Of a stretch of DNA of 59,402 nt, positions 27,947-37,926 are shown piece by piece. The notes beneath the pieces were generated by a model. That model saw nothing but the letters and a program-made list of their open reading frames with translations, made no database searches and had not been told where the DNA came from. Location of the stretch: NCBI GenBank assembly GCA_030066755.1, contig JASJAX010000043.1, forward strand, positions 1-59,402, in the 5' to 3' direction. The position numbers and the translations under genes are program-made. Position 1 is the stretch's first letter. The number at the start of each line of letters is the position of its first letter. The DNA comes from Acidimicrobiia bacterium (lineage in GTDB: Bacteria; Actinomycetota; Acidimicrobiia; Spongiisociales; UBA5794).

Positions 27947-27982
27947 GACAACGGCCCCCTCCATGGGTAGGGGGCCGTTGTC
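27947..27982. terminator. Hairpin between convergent nfuA and divIVA
   Basis: GACAACGGCCCCCT ... AGGGGGCCGTTGTC, 14-bp stem. Confidence 0.75.
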
Positions 27983-28058
27983 GTTTACGACGGGGCGGGG
28001 CGGTCGTGCAGCCGTGCGCGTGCGGGCCGTTGTTGAGGGCACCCGCCACCGTCGATCC

Positions 28059-29171
28059 TCAGGCGCTTTGCATCGCCACGTCTTTCTCCGGATCCCCTTC
28101 GGTGACCACGATCTCGATGCCGTGGTCGTCCCGGCGTTGTGCGGCACGCATGGCGCTGACGGCAGCGAGCGCACCACTTGCTGCATCGGCTCCGATCCGG
28201 GGCAGCTTGGCCGAACGGCGTGAGTAGAAGGAGCCTCGACCGGATTCTTCCGTCGTGGTCTCCGACTCCTGGGGGGCCGGCCGCTCGATGGCTGCCTCGG
28301 GTTCGGGTACGAGATCCGTAGTGGTCGACTCGGGGGATTCGTCGAGGGGAGGGGCCTCGGGTGGAGTCGTCCGCTGCGGTGTCGGCGCCGTTTCCTGAGG
28401 AGAATTGACTGTTGGTGAGGTGAGATCAGTACTGATCGAAGTGAGCTCGCCGAGGGCACCGGAGGCCACCGACTGCAGACGCTGTTCGAGGTCACCGGCG
28501 AGCGACTGGAGGTTCTGGACCCGCTCGATGGTCTCGGCATGGTTCGCCTCGAACTCGACGCGCATCCGTTCGAGCTCTCGCTCACGCTCGGCGACCATCC
28601 GCTCGGACTCTTCTTTGATCTCGGTGATCATCCGGAGCGATTCGCTCTGTGCGGACGCTACCCGCGCTTCGGCATCGGCGGCAGCTTCGGCGCGGATCTG
28701 CTCGGCTTCGGCCTGGGCGGCGGCCCGGATCTCGTCTGCAGATGCGTTTGCATCGTTGAGTGCGGCAGTCTGCTCGTGCGCGCGATCGGCGTCGGAACGA
28801 GCCTGGTCGATGATCTGCTCGGCGTCCTTGTTGGCTTCGGTGACCAGGCGGAAGGCCTCGAACTTCGCTTCCGACAGGATCTTCTCGGCCTGTTCGCGCG
28901 CATTGCCGGTTGCGTCGCTGAGGTCGCGTTGTGCGGCCTCCATCAGCTCTTCCTTGGTCCTCGTGGCGGTGACGAGCGTGAGGTGAACGGCTTCCTCACG
29001 TCGTTTGGCTTCCTCGAGTTCGGCCTCGAGGCGTGCGATGCGGGCGGTGGCCTCTTGGAGTTTGGCTTCCCAGATGGTGCCGTAGTTGGTCAGGAAGCGG
29101 TCGACCTCGTTCATGTCGTACCCGCGACGAACCACCGGGAAGTCCGGAGATGCGGCGTGTTCGGCGCTCAT
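28059..29171 (-). CDS. DivIVA-domain coiled-coil protein
   Basis: FPVVRRGYDMNEVDRFL N-terminal motif followed by a long E/A/R-rich coiled coil. Confidence 0.85.
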   Translation of the reverse strand: MSAEHAASPDFPVVRRGYDMNEVDRFLTNYGTIWEAKLQEATARIARLEAELEEAKRREEAVHLTLVTATRTKEELMEAAQRDLSDATGNAREQAEKILSEAKFEAFRLVTEANKDAEQIIDQARSDADRAHEQTAALNDANASADEIRAAAQAEAEQIRAEAAADAEARVASAQSESLRMITEIKEESERMVAERERELERMRVEFEANHAETIERVQNLQSLAGDLEQRLQSVASGALGELTSISTDLTSPTVNSPQETAPTPQRTTPPEAPPLDESPESTTTDLVPEPEAAIERPAPQESETTTEESGRGSFYSRRSAKLPRIGADAASGALAAVSAMRAAQRRDDHGIEIVVTEGDPEKDVAMQSA

Positions 29172-29344
29172 GCGGGTACTCCACCCTGTCGTTCCTCAGG
29201 GTGCCTGCCCGCCTGTACCGCTGTGCCCACCCAGAGTGTATACCGAGCCACGTTTCGTGGTCAACTAGTTATTTCGTGCACTCGGGAAATAGTCACTCCA
29301 TAGTCCTAAATGGGCCGAGGGGCCCACGTTGGAATGGAGGTGGG

Positions 29345-31723
29345 TCAGTCCAGGACGCCGATGTCCCTGGCGGCGTCGATCGTCTCGAGCACCTCGATTC
29401 GATGGATGAGGTCGCGCAACGTGCGAGCGAACTCGAGCCGGTGCTCGACGATGTGAGGATGGGCCTCGAGGAGCGAACGGTTGGCGGCGAGCTTGATCGC
29501 TGCGTCGAACAACGCTGACGAGACGGACTCGGGGCTGCGGATCTTGCCCTGAAGTTCGTATTGCTTGCCGAGAGCCATTGCCTCCTTGGCGAGTTCGCCG
29601 GCATCGATGGTCGACTCGTAGGCATGGCGCTCGATCAGATCGCCAACCACCTGATAGGCCTCGAAGAACGGTCGCAAGATGGCCGGTGCGCGGAACGGTC
29701 GACTCTCGGTGAGCAGGTCTCGCGCACCACCGGCGGCGAGGCGGTCACGGAAGTCGGCATCCTTGCGCCGCAGGATGGTGCGCACGTCCTCCGCAAAGAT
29801 CTCGCTCGGGGAGAAGAAGAAGTCGAACTTGAGCAAGTCCCGGGTGGCCAGGGCGTCATCGACGACAGCATGGGCGGGATCCTCCGGGGTGGATTCGGCG
29901 ACCTCGAGAAGCGCCAATTCGGTGATCGCCTCCTCGAGGAAGAAGTGAATGATGGTGTTCCGGTAGTAGGCCGCCGCGAGATGCTGCTGGGGCTGGACGC
30001 GGTAGACCGTGTCCGTTGCCCCCTCGAAGGTGGAGACCACGCCGTGCACGGAGAGGCTCTCCAACGCCTGTCGAACCCGAGCGGCGTCGCCGGCGTCGAT
30101 CGGCTCGGTTGTCGGCAGCTTGCGCTTCGTCACCGTTTCGGCGAAAGGTCGGAGTGCCTCCATGACCTCATCGAGGGTCAAGGCTCGATCTCCAGCGCTG
30201 AGCAACGCCATCGTGACCAGCGTGATCGGCGTGATCGGGGTGGCCTCGTTGATCCGCATCGCCACCTCGAACGCAAGCTTCGGGATCGCCGGGTTGTGGG
30301 CGTCGTCCGCATCGACCTCTGGCAGTTCGCCGGCGAAGAAGGTCTTGAGCGAAATCGGGGCCCCAAAGCGCAGGTGCGCAGATCCGTATCGCAGTCGGAG
30401 GCTGCGGATCGTTCGAACCATCCAGCTGAGGCTCTCACTCTCCTTGGCGCCGCCGGCCTGTTCGGCCGCATACGAACCGACGTCCGAGATCTGGTCGTAT
30501 GCAATGGAGACGGGGATGAGCACGACGTCGTCGCTTGATCCTCGCTGGTATGACTCGATCACATACGCCAGCATCCCGAGCCGGGGTGGGCGGAGTTTGC
30601 CGGTACGCGAACGCCCACCTTCGATGAACCACTCGATCGGGAAGCGTTTCTCCAGCAGATAGTCGACATACCGTCGCAGTACGTACTTGTACGGTTCGTT
30701 GTCCTTGAACTGGCGGCGGATGAAGAAGACTCCTGATCGGCGCAAGAACGGTCCCATCGGGAAGAAGTTCATGTTGATGCCGCCGGCCGTGTGATTCGGC
30801 GGGAGTCCGTTTCGATACAGCACGTGCAGCAGCACCAGATGGTCGAAGTTCGACTTGTGTGACGGCAGGAAGATCAGGGGGTGCTGCTGGCTGATCGCAT
30901 ACAGCGCAGCGAGTTCGTCCTTGTCGTAGAGGATCTCCACGTAGGCCTTCGAGATCAGCCAGCGGAAGCCGCCCGCAACGAGGTCGATGACGTACGGACT
31001 GTGAGTTGCGGCGATCTCGCGGACGTAGCGCTGGGTGCGCGTGGCCATCTGCTGATAGCTGGCGCCCTCGTCGCGAGCGAGATTGGCAACGCCCTGGGCG
31101 AAGCGGCGATTCTCAACGAGGCTCTCCCGCACGAACTTGGGCACCTTGTAGCGACTGCCGCGGATCTCACGTTCGGCTCGTTCGAGCCGCAGCCAGGAAT
31201 GCAGCGCTGCGAACTCGGCGAGGCTGTACCCCTCTTCTTGGCCGCGGCCGCCCGGCTCGATCCATGCCTTGCGAATCCACGAGGCTCGACTGCGTTCACC
31301 GGCGATGAGCCGGACTCGATCCGGGCGGGTGTAGGCGATGACGAACTGCCGAACTGGATCGGGATCCCGCGGGTCTCCGGGGATGAGGATGTCGATGAGT
31401 CGAACGGTACGTTCTCCACCCCGTTCGCTCGGGAACCACGCAACGCGCAGCGGGACGAGGAGCGGATCGTCGCCGGTCGCGAGGAACGCCTCGAGCCGCG
31501 GATCGAGGCGGCGTCGCCGCCGTCGGCGTCGGGTCTGTGGCAGCACGGCGATCTGGACTTCGCCCTCGGTGACCGACTCGGGTCGGTTCCGCCGGATCCA
31601 CGACTCGAGCATCATTCTCTCGGCCGGACCGGAATCCTCTAGGACGAACAGGTACGGACCGGGCTCCTCAGGCCACACCGGCTCGGCCGGGAACATCTTG
31701 TCGAGAAACGAGAACGGCTCCAC
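29345..31723 (-). CDS. plsB: Glycerol-3-phosphate 1-O-acyltransferase (PlsB type)
   Basis: Acyltransferase blocks PSHKSNFD, GVFFIRR, FIEGGRSRTGK, IPVSIAYDQ; YYRNTIIHFF. Confidence 0.88.
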   Translation of the reverse strand: MEPFSFLDKMFPAEPVWPEEPGPYLFVLEDSGPAERMMLESWIRRNRPESVTEGEVQIAVLPQTRRRRRRRRLDPRLEAFLATGDDPLLVPLRVAWFPSERGGERTVRLIDILIPGDPRDPDPVRQFVIAYTRPDRVRLIAGERSRASWIRKAWIEPGGRGQEEGYSLAEFAALHSWLRLERAEREIRGSRYKVPKFVRESLVENRRFAQGVANLARDEGASYQQMATRTQRYVREIAATHSPYVIDLVAGGFRWLISKAYVEILYDKDELAALYAISQQHPLIFLPSHKSNFDHLVLLHVLYRNGLPPNHTAGGINMNFFPMGPFLRRSGVFFIRRQFKDNEPYKYVLRRYVDYLLEKRFPIEWFIEGGRSRTGKLRPPRLGMLAYVIESYQRGSSDDVVLIPVSIAYDQISDVGSYAAEQAGGAKESESLSWMVRTIRSLRLRYGSAHLRFGAPISLKTFFAGELPEVDADDAHNPAIPKLAFEVAMRINEATPITPITLVTMALLSAGDRALTLDEVMEALRPFAETVTKRKLPTTEPIDAGDAARVRQALESLSVHGVVSTFEGATDTVYRVQPQQHLAAAYYRNTIIHFFLEEAITELALLEVAESTPEDPAHAVVDDALATRDLLKFDFFFSPSEIFAEDVRTILRRKDADFRDRLAAGGARDLLTESRPFRAPAILRPFFEAYQVVGDLIERHAYESTIDAGELAKEAMALGKQYELQGKIRSPESVSSALFDAAIKLAANRSLLEAHPHIVEHRLEFARTLRDLIHRIEVLETIDAARDIGVLD

Positions 31724-31853
31724 CTCGCGCAGTGTAGGAAGCCGCAACCCCGGATGCTGTGGAGAATCACCGCGCGAGCGACCGGGGCATTGCACCCCGG
31801 TCGTCGTCTCGCTGCTGAGTAGCCGCTCTGGCTAACGGCTACTTGCTACTTGC

Positions 31854-32093
31854 CTAGCCGTCGCCGCCCATGAAGCCGCCGAGCATGTCCTTCGCCTGGT
31901 CCAAGAGGCCGCCGCCCTCGTCTCCGCCGCCGTCACCGTCGCCGCCCTCGTCACCGAGGAGCTTCTTGACCTGATCGGCGATCGGGCCGGGCAGCTTGTC
32001 GCCGAGGAAATCCATGACGCCGCTGACGACCGACTTGATCTGGTCGACGCCGAGTCCGGTCTTCTCCTGCAGCTGCTTGATGAGCTCGTCCAC
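31854..32093 (-). CDS. Small conserved-type protein with Gly/Asp-rich tail
   Basis: GAAGGGG RBS; MDELIKQLQEKTGL...FLGDKLPGPIA...LGGFMG. Confidence 0.75.
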   Translation of the reverse strand: MDELIKQLQEKTGLGVDQIKSVVSGVMDFLGDKLPGPIADQVKKLLGDEGGDGDGGGDEGGGLLDQAKDMLGGFMGGDG

Positions 32094-32237
32094 GTGTGTC
32101 CCCTTCTGTCTGGGCTGTTGGTCCGATCCTAGGACCCGAAGGGCGGCGAGAAGTTCCAGCGCGAGGGAGCGAGCTCGGACGGCCGAGCGCAGAGTGAGAC
32201 CGCAGGGGGAGGCCTGAACGGAGGAGCCGGCGTTTGC

Positions 32238-32435
32238 CTAGCCGGCCGCAGGCAGGTCGAGATGACGTCGCGGCGGGCGGATCGGGAGTGGGCTCAGCAG
32301 TGGCGACACCGCAGGATATGGCCCATCCGAACCGAGCAGCTCCTCGAGCGTCACCGCATGCGCCAGGTCGTGATTGCATTGACGATCACACCGGCGATAC
32401 GGATCTCGATAAGCGTCGATGGGTACGGTCACCAT
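32238..32435 (-). CDS. Possible 65-aa protein with CxxxCxH
   Basis: MVTVPIDAYRDPYRRCDRQCNHDLAH... fills an otherwise empty gap on the same strand as its neighbours. Confidence 0.35.
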   Translation of the reverse strand: MVTVPIDAYRDPYRRCDRQCNHDLAHAVTLEELLGSDGPYPAVSPLLSPLPIRPPRRHLDLPAAG

Positions 32436-32582
32436 GCAGTACCTATCGGCTGATTTGCGGCTGGAGTAAGGAGCCGCACTAGTCATCGGTAGAAAGGGGC
32501 CGGGCGACCTAGCCCAGATTCGTGCCCACTTGGGCGGCGTTGAGGGGGGTTCCCACGACGCAAGCGCAGCGATGCGGGCCGC

Positions 32583-32936
32583 TCAGTCCCAGCCGAGCTC
32601 GTGCAGCCGTGCGTCGTCGATGCCGAGATGGTGCGCTAGTTCGTGAAGGACCGTGGTGCGGATCTCCGTTCGCAAGTCGCCCCGGGAGAGCCCGAGCTCC
32701 AGGTGCGGTCCCCGGAAGACCCAGATCACATCGGGGGCGACCCCGAAGTAGTCGTTGCCCCGATCGAGCAGCGAGACGCCCTCATAGAGTCCCAAGAGCC
32801 CGGTGTTCTCCGCATCCTGCGACCGTGTTGGCCACTCAGCGACTCGTACTGTCAGGTTGTCGATTTGCTCGGTCACCCAATCCGGCAGGGAGGTCAGGAC
32901 GTCATCGACCACGCGCTCGAAGTCGCGGCGGCTCAT
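32583..32936 (-). CDS. Zincin-like metallopeptidase family protein
   Basis: LLGLYEGV, PDVIWVFRGP, TVLHELAHHLGIDDARLHELGW. Confidence 0.9.
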   Translation of the reverse strand: MSRRDFERVVDDVLTSLPDWVTEQIDNLTVRVAEWPTRSQDAENTGLLGLYEGVSLLDRGNDYFGVAPDVIWVFRGPHLELGLSRGDLRTEIRTTVLHELAHHLGIDDARLHELGWD

Positions 32937-33076
32937 GGCGCCGCGCTGGCTCGGTGGCGGGAGCTGTCCGGTCATGAGGCGCAGCGTAGGGCTCTGCGCT
33001 TCGAAACGTTTTGGTCCCCACCGCCTCCCGACGGGCGGGTAGGTTTGACCCCGATGTGAGGGATAGAGGGGGAGCA

Positions 33077-36000
33077 ATGCTTCGAATGCTGCGAGGTCTG
33101 GTGGCGCTCGTCGTGGTGGCAGCCATCGTTGTCGGAGTGCAGATCGGCGGTTCACCGGCACAAGCCGTGACGGTGCACACCGTGACCACGACGGTCGACG
33201 TCGTCGCCGCGGACGCCGACCTGTCATTGCGGGAAGCGTTCGCCGCTGCGAACGCCGACGGCGACGTATCGGTGATCGAGTTGGGGGTTGGACTCGCCTA
33301 CACGCTCGATCTCTGCCCGGTGGTGCCAGCGCACACCGTCAACGACGCCGGTTCCCTGGTCCACACGGCAACCGACGACCTCACGATCAACGGCAACGGC
33401 TCGACTGTGACCCAAACCTGCCTCGAAGAGCGAGTGATGCGCAATTCAGACGACCTCGCCGAGATCACGCTCAACGACATCACGTTGACCGGAGGCCAGG
33501 TGACGGAGATCGCCGAGGGCGACGACTTCGAACCGATTGGCGGGGGCGGTGGTCTGCTCTCCTTCGGGCCGGCGACGCTCACGAACGTGACGCTCACCGG
33601 GAACACGTCCGTCCAATCCGGCGGCGCGCTGCGCGCCCTCATCGAGACGAACATCACGGGGGGAGCGATCTTTGGCAACACCACCGCCGCGACCGGTGGC
33701 GCCGGCGGGGCCGACATCGGCTCGGGATTCAGCTCGGCGGTGCCTTTCCTCACGATGACGGGTACTTCCGTGACCGGGAACGATCCGCACGGGCTGGTGC
33801 TGCGATTCGGAACGAACGTGATCACGAACGCCGACATCAGCAGCAACGTCGGACGAGGGGTGTTCGCAGACCACGGCAACCACGATTTCGTCGGGACATC
33901 GGTGAACGGCAACGGCGGCGGTGGACTCGTCGCGATCGACGGCGACTTCGACCTCTCGAACACCACCGTCACCAACAACGGCGACGTCGGCATCACGACG
34001 ACCGGATCCGGGGACTTCAACGTCAACGGTGGATCGATCAGCAACAACGGCTCGCACGCCATCGACTTCATCGGCTGCAACGCCACCGAGGGTCAGGACA
34101 ACATCGTGCTCTCCAACACGACGGTGTCCGGCAACGCCGGTTGGGGGATCAACCACGGGGGATGTGGGAACACAATCGTCTCGACCACGACGATCTCGAA
34201 CAACGCCGGCGGAATCCGGTGTTCCCAATGCGAGAACGTGACCGTCGAGTTCTCGAGCATCACCGGCAACATGCCGGACGGTGGAATCGACTTCCGGCCT
34301 GGTTGGGAGAGCGCCGGAGGCGCTCTGCTCGTTCGGGCGAGCCAGCTGACGGACAACACATCGAATACCGACGGGGGAGCGATTCGAGCTCGTGAGGGTT
34401 TCGACGTCGCGACCACCGTGACCGTGTCGGAGTCGAGCAGCATCACGGCCAACACCACCAGCGGTCGCGGGGGTGGGATCTTTGCTGAAGGCACGACGGT
34501 GGTCTTCGGAAGTGTGGTGTCCGGCAACGCGACGGCTGGGACTTTCGAGGACCCCGGTGGCGAGGGCGGTGGAATCTACGTCTCGGGCGGCGACCTGAGC
34601 GTGACCGGCGGAGCCGTCCAGAACAACAGTGCGGACGCCTCAGGTGGCGGTATCAGCCATCGTGGCGCCGGTGGCTTCTCGCTCGGTGTATCCGGAACAC
34701 CGATCACCGGGAACCAGTCGGCCGGTGAGGGCGGCGGGATCTTCACCTGGTCGTCGGACTCGCTCAGCGTGGTGGGTGCGGACGTGTCGGAAAACAGCTC
34801 GGTAGCCCAAGGTGGTGGCATCGCGGCGCGTGACACTGCAGGCCTCATCGCCGTGACGACGATCGACGGGAATGAAGCGTCGGCGGTCGGAGGCGGGATC
34901 TACTACCGGGACAGCGTGTTGCCTGGCGATCCGCTGGTCGTGTTCGAGTCCACCATCAGCAACAACACCGCACCGGCCGGCGGTGGGATCTTCGCCGACG
35001 TCCGGTCTCCGGCAGGCGTCGAGATCGCCAACTCGACGATCAGTGGCAACACCACGAACGGTGTCCAGACGTCGCTGACGACGCCGATCACGCTCGACTC
35101 GGCCACCATTGTCGACAACGGTCCTTCGAACATCGTCACTGAGGTGGGCGCGCTGCTCACGACGGTTCAGTCCGTCGTTGCGCTCGCCGATGGCGGCAGC
35201 GACTGCCTCGTGACGCTGGCGACGAGCAACGGGTACAACTTCGCCGGCGACGGCACCTGTGGACTCGGACTCGGCGCCGGCGATGTGTCATTCGGAGGCG
35301 ATCCGATGCTCGGTCCGCTTCAGGACAACGGGGGACCGACGGAGACGCACCAACCGCTCGGCGGAAGTCCGCTCCTCTCGATGGTCCCGTCAGGGAGCTG
35401 CTCGCAGCCCGAGGATCAGCGGGGGGAGACCCGCCCGGGTGGGACCGGGTGTGAGCCCGGGTCGGTGGAAGTCGGTATCGCATTGGCCCTGCCCGACGAG
35501 CTGATCACGCTGCCGGGATTCCCGGACGTGATCGACGTCATCGGCACGCTGCCGCCGGGGATCTTCGACCCGGCGTCGCTGCGAATCGTGACTCCACCGG
35601 CAGACGGGCGCGCTCGAGCCGACACCCGTCAGGGTGTGTTTCGCTACGAGGCCCCACTCGACTTCGAAGGAGCTGATCGGTTCGTCTACGAAATCTGCCG
35701 TACCGCCGACCCGGACACTTGTGAGCGGTCCGCGGTGACCGTCGAGGTGACCCTTGGTGTGGCGCCGGCGTGCACGATCGTCGGGACGAACCGTGGCGAG
35801 GTCATCTTCGGGACCAAACACGACGATGTGATCTGCGCGCTCGGCGGAGCCGATCTCGTGATCGGCCGGGGTGGCGACGACCTGATCATCGGCGGTCCAG
35901 GCCGGGATCTGCTGATCGGGAGCAGCGGCGATGATCGAATCGTCGGTGGCACCGGCAAGGACGTGTTGAAGGGCAAGCGCGGCTTCGATGCCCTCGTTGG

Positions 36001-36085
36001 AGGGGCTGGCTTCGATGCGTGCTGGGTTGGTAGTGGGGGAGGGACGACCACAAGTTGCGAGCGGCCGCGGCACCGGCCGCGCTGA
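33077..36085 (+). CDS. Large secreted beta-helix protein with choice-of-anchor-Q-like region, Ig-like domain and RTX Ca-binding repeats
   Basis: Signal peptide, SLREA motif, many GGGI/GGAI repeats, DPMLGPLQDNGGPTETH, FEGADRFVYEIC, C-terminal GGxGxD nonapeptides. Confidence 0.85.
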   Translation: MLRMLRGLVALVVVAAIVVGVQIGGSPAQAVTVHTVTTTVDVVAADADLSLREAFAAANADGDVSVIELGVGLAYTLDLCPVVPAHTVNDAGSLVHTATDDLTINGNGSTVTQTCLEERVMRNSDDLAEITLNDITLTGGQVTEIAEGDDFEPIGGGGGLLSFGPATLTNVTLTGNTSVQSGGALRALIETNITGGAIFGNTTAATGGAGGADIGSGFSSAVPFLTMTGTSVTGNDPHGLVLRFGTNVITNADISSNVGRGVFADHGNHDFVGTSVNGNGGGGLVAIDGDFDLSNTTVTNNGDVGITTTGSGDFNVNGGSISNNGSHAIDFIGCNATEGQDNIVLSNTTVSGNAGWGINHGGCGNTIVSTTTISNNAGGIRCSQCENVTVEFSSITGNMPDGGIDFRPGWESAGGALLVRASQLTDNTSNTDGGAIRAREGFDVATTVTVSESSSITANTTSGRGGGIFAEGTTVVFGSVVSGNATAGTFEDPGGEGGGIYVSGGDLSVTGGAVQNNSADASGGGISHRGAGGFSLGVSGTPITGNQSAGEGGGIFTWSSDSLSVVGADVSENSSVAQGGGIAARDTAGLIAVTTIDGNEASAVGGGIYYRDSVLPGDPLVVFESTISNNTAPAGGGIFADVRSPAGVEIANSTISGNTTNGVQTSLTTPITLDSATIVDNGPSNIVTEVGALLTTVQSVVALADGGSDCLVTLATSNGYNFAGDGTCGLGLGAGDVSFGGDPMLGPLQDNGGPTETHQPLGGSPLLSMVPSGSCSQPEDQRGETRPGGTGCEPGSVEVGIALALPDELITLPGFPDVIDVIGTLPPGIFDPASLRIVTPPADGRARADTRQGVFRYEAPLDFEGADRFVYEICRTADPDTCERSAVTVEVTLGVAPACTIVGTNRGEVIFGTKHDDVICALGGADLVIGRGGDDLIIGGPGRDLLIGSSGDDRIVGGTGKDVLKGKRGFDALVGGAGFDACWVGSGGGTTTSCERPRHRPR

Positions 36086-36137
36086 GCGACGACTCCGAGT
36101 AGAGCGCCCGGGAAGCGTTGCTACACTGCCCGCTCCC

Positions 36138-36212
36138 GGGCGCTTAGCTCAGCGGGAGAGCGCTGCCTTCACACGGCAGAGGTCACTGGTTCGATCCCAG
36201 TAGCGCCCACCA
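36138..36212 (+). tRNA. tRNA-Val(CAC)
   Basis: GGGCGCT/AGCGCCC acceptor stem, CTGCC-TTCACAC-GGCAG anticodon arm, encoded CCA. Confidence 0.97.
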
Positions 36213-36487
36213 CACGACACCCCTGCTCAGGCGGGGGTTTCGTGTTGTTAGAGCTGGTGCTGTCACCCCTCAAAAGGGCGAACAGTCCGCGGAAAGTCCG
36301 CGGCTGCCGCACGGAATGTCGCGTCGAGAGCTTCCGCTGCCGCTTTGTCCAGTACCCGTGCCCCGTTGGCCCCCCGGTACCTCGGCCCGTCCCATCTCTT
36401 CGTTGCTTGTTCGGTCGCGCCGGCGGTGGGGGTTGTGGCGGTACCGTCGGCTTGCGGTCGGCAGTCGCAACAGATCTGCGGTGCGAT

Positions 36488-36934
36488 CTACGGCAGGTCA
36501 GGGCGGTGGACGTACTCGGGTCGTTTCGGGTCGTAGTGGATGGTGACCGTGTCGCCGACCTCGACAACCTGGCGGCCGTAGTACTCGAACTCCTGTTGCC
36601 GCACGTCCCCGGTTGCGGTCGTCCAGGTCACGACGATCCGTGTCCAGGTTTGCGGGTCGAGGAACCCCTTGCTCCCTTCAACCCATTCCGTGTCGCTGTC
36701 AACGGACAGCACCGTCGCGTCGGCAGTTGCGAACTCGGGCACTGGTGGTGTCGCGGTGTCTCTGGTCCTGACGTACCCCATGACGACAGCGACAACGGCG
36801 ATGATTAGCAGGAGCGCACCTCCGTTGATGAGCGCGATGCGTCGCGCCTCTTTCTCCGCCACTCCGCCCCACCACCCGGCACGTCCAGTCACGCTCTTGG
36901 AGTTGTGGGCGGTGGTTCCGCTCGGGTGTTCCAT
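36488..36934 (-). CDS. Single-TM protein, DUF3592-like
   Basis: AAGAGG RBS; TM then a beta-rich domain ending VGDTVTIHYDPKRPE. Confidence 0.65.
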   Translation of the reverse strand: MEHPSGTTAHNSKSVTGRAGWWGGVAEKEARRIALINGGALLLIIAVVAVVMGYVRTRDTATPPVPEFATADATVLSVDSDTEWVEGSKGFLDPQTWTRIVVTWTTATGDVRQQEFEYYGRQVVEVGDTVTIHYDPKRPEYVHRPDLP

Positions 36935-37102
36935 GATCCACCTCTTGTCCCATCATCACGCGGACTGCTTCCGGTGGATATGGGGGATCGGCCTCATGTG
37001 AGCGTGGTGCAGCCGGTCGGCTGCGCCAGAGTTGCTTTCGTTGCGCGCGGACCTAGCCGAACGCCTCGACGCGGTACAAGATGGGTAGAGGAGGCGTAGC
37101 GA

Positions 37103-37267
37103 ATGGCACGTCACAAAGGCAGCACACCTCCTCCGAAATCGACCTGGATCGATTGGTTGGTCGTGGTGGTGCTGGTCGTGTTCTTGCTCGTGTTCTTCCT
37201 CGATAGCTTGGGGCTGAGGCTGCCGTGGAGCTTCTGCGGAGGCCCCGAAGCATGTGTTGGCTTCTAG
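37103..37267 (+). CDS. 54-aa single-TM micro-protein, absent from the ORF track
   Basis: GAGGAGG RBS; MARHKGSTPPPKSTWIDWLVVVVLVVFLLVFFLDSLGLRLPWSFCGGPEACVGF. Confidence 0.65.
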   Translation: MARHKGSTPPPKSTWIDWLVVVVLVVFLLVFFLDSLGLRLPWSFCGGPEACVGF

Positions 37268-37301
37268 GAAGTACGGTCAAATGGGTTGGCACAGGGACGA
37301 C

Positions 37302-37436
37302 ATGACTCCTCCTCGTGACGACTCGAACGTCATCTTCGGGGTCGTGGTGGTTGGACTGATCGTGCTCCTCATCCTGGTTGTCTCTTGGCTGAGTGGGCCG
37401 TCGGACTTCTGTATCGGTGCTTGTCCCGGCAACTAG
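37302..37436 (+). CDS. 44-aa single-TM micro-protein
   Basis: AGGGA RBS; MTPPRDDSNVIFGVVVVGLIVLLILVVSWLSGPSDFCIGACPGN. Confidence 0.6.
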   Translation: MTPPRDDSNVIFGVVVVGLIVLLILVVSWLSGPSDFCIGACPGN

Positions 37437-37533
37437 GAGAGGGTTCGAGCACCGCATCTACCAGCCAGCCTGAGGCCCCTAGCCGCTGACTCCCGGCTGC
37501 GTGATGATGGGAGGAAGCCGGCGAGGGACCTGT

Positions 37534-37926
37534 GTGCCTTACAACGAGTGGTGGCTCAACTGGTTGGTGATCGTGGTCCTGACCGGGCTGGCGATCTGGA
37601 TTGCGGTGCGCCGACGCCACATGCCTTTCATGGCCGTCGCAGTCACACCGGCGGCCGTTGCGGTGGCGATCGCATACGTTGCACTCAAGTGCTGGCTTCC
37701 TGAGCTCGATCTCTTCCCGGCCGACCTCAAGCCTCCGTTCCCAAAGAAGTCTCAGTGTCCTGCCAATGCGACCACGTTGGGTTGGAGTGCGGTGGTTGCG
37801 GGCTACGTTGTGGTGGTTGCCGTTGCGGTCGCATCGTGGCTCCTTGAGCCACCGAGACGAGGCGCGGAGGTTGAAGAGCAGCGCGCAGCGAGTCGCAAGG
37901 CGACGGTCGATCAGAGCGATGAGTGA
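37534..37926 (+). CDS. Small three-TM membrane protein
   Basis: Three hydrophobic segments, with a Cys-bounded loop between TM2 and TM3. Confidence 0.55.
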   Translation: MPYNEWWLNWLVIVVLTGLAIWIAVRRRHMPFMAVAVTPAAVAVAIAYVALKCWLPELDLFPADLKPPFPKKSQCPANATTLGWSAVVAGYVVVVAVAVASWLLEPPRRGAEVEEQRAASRKATVDQSDE

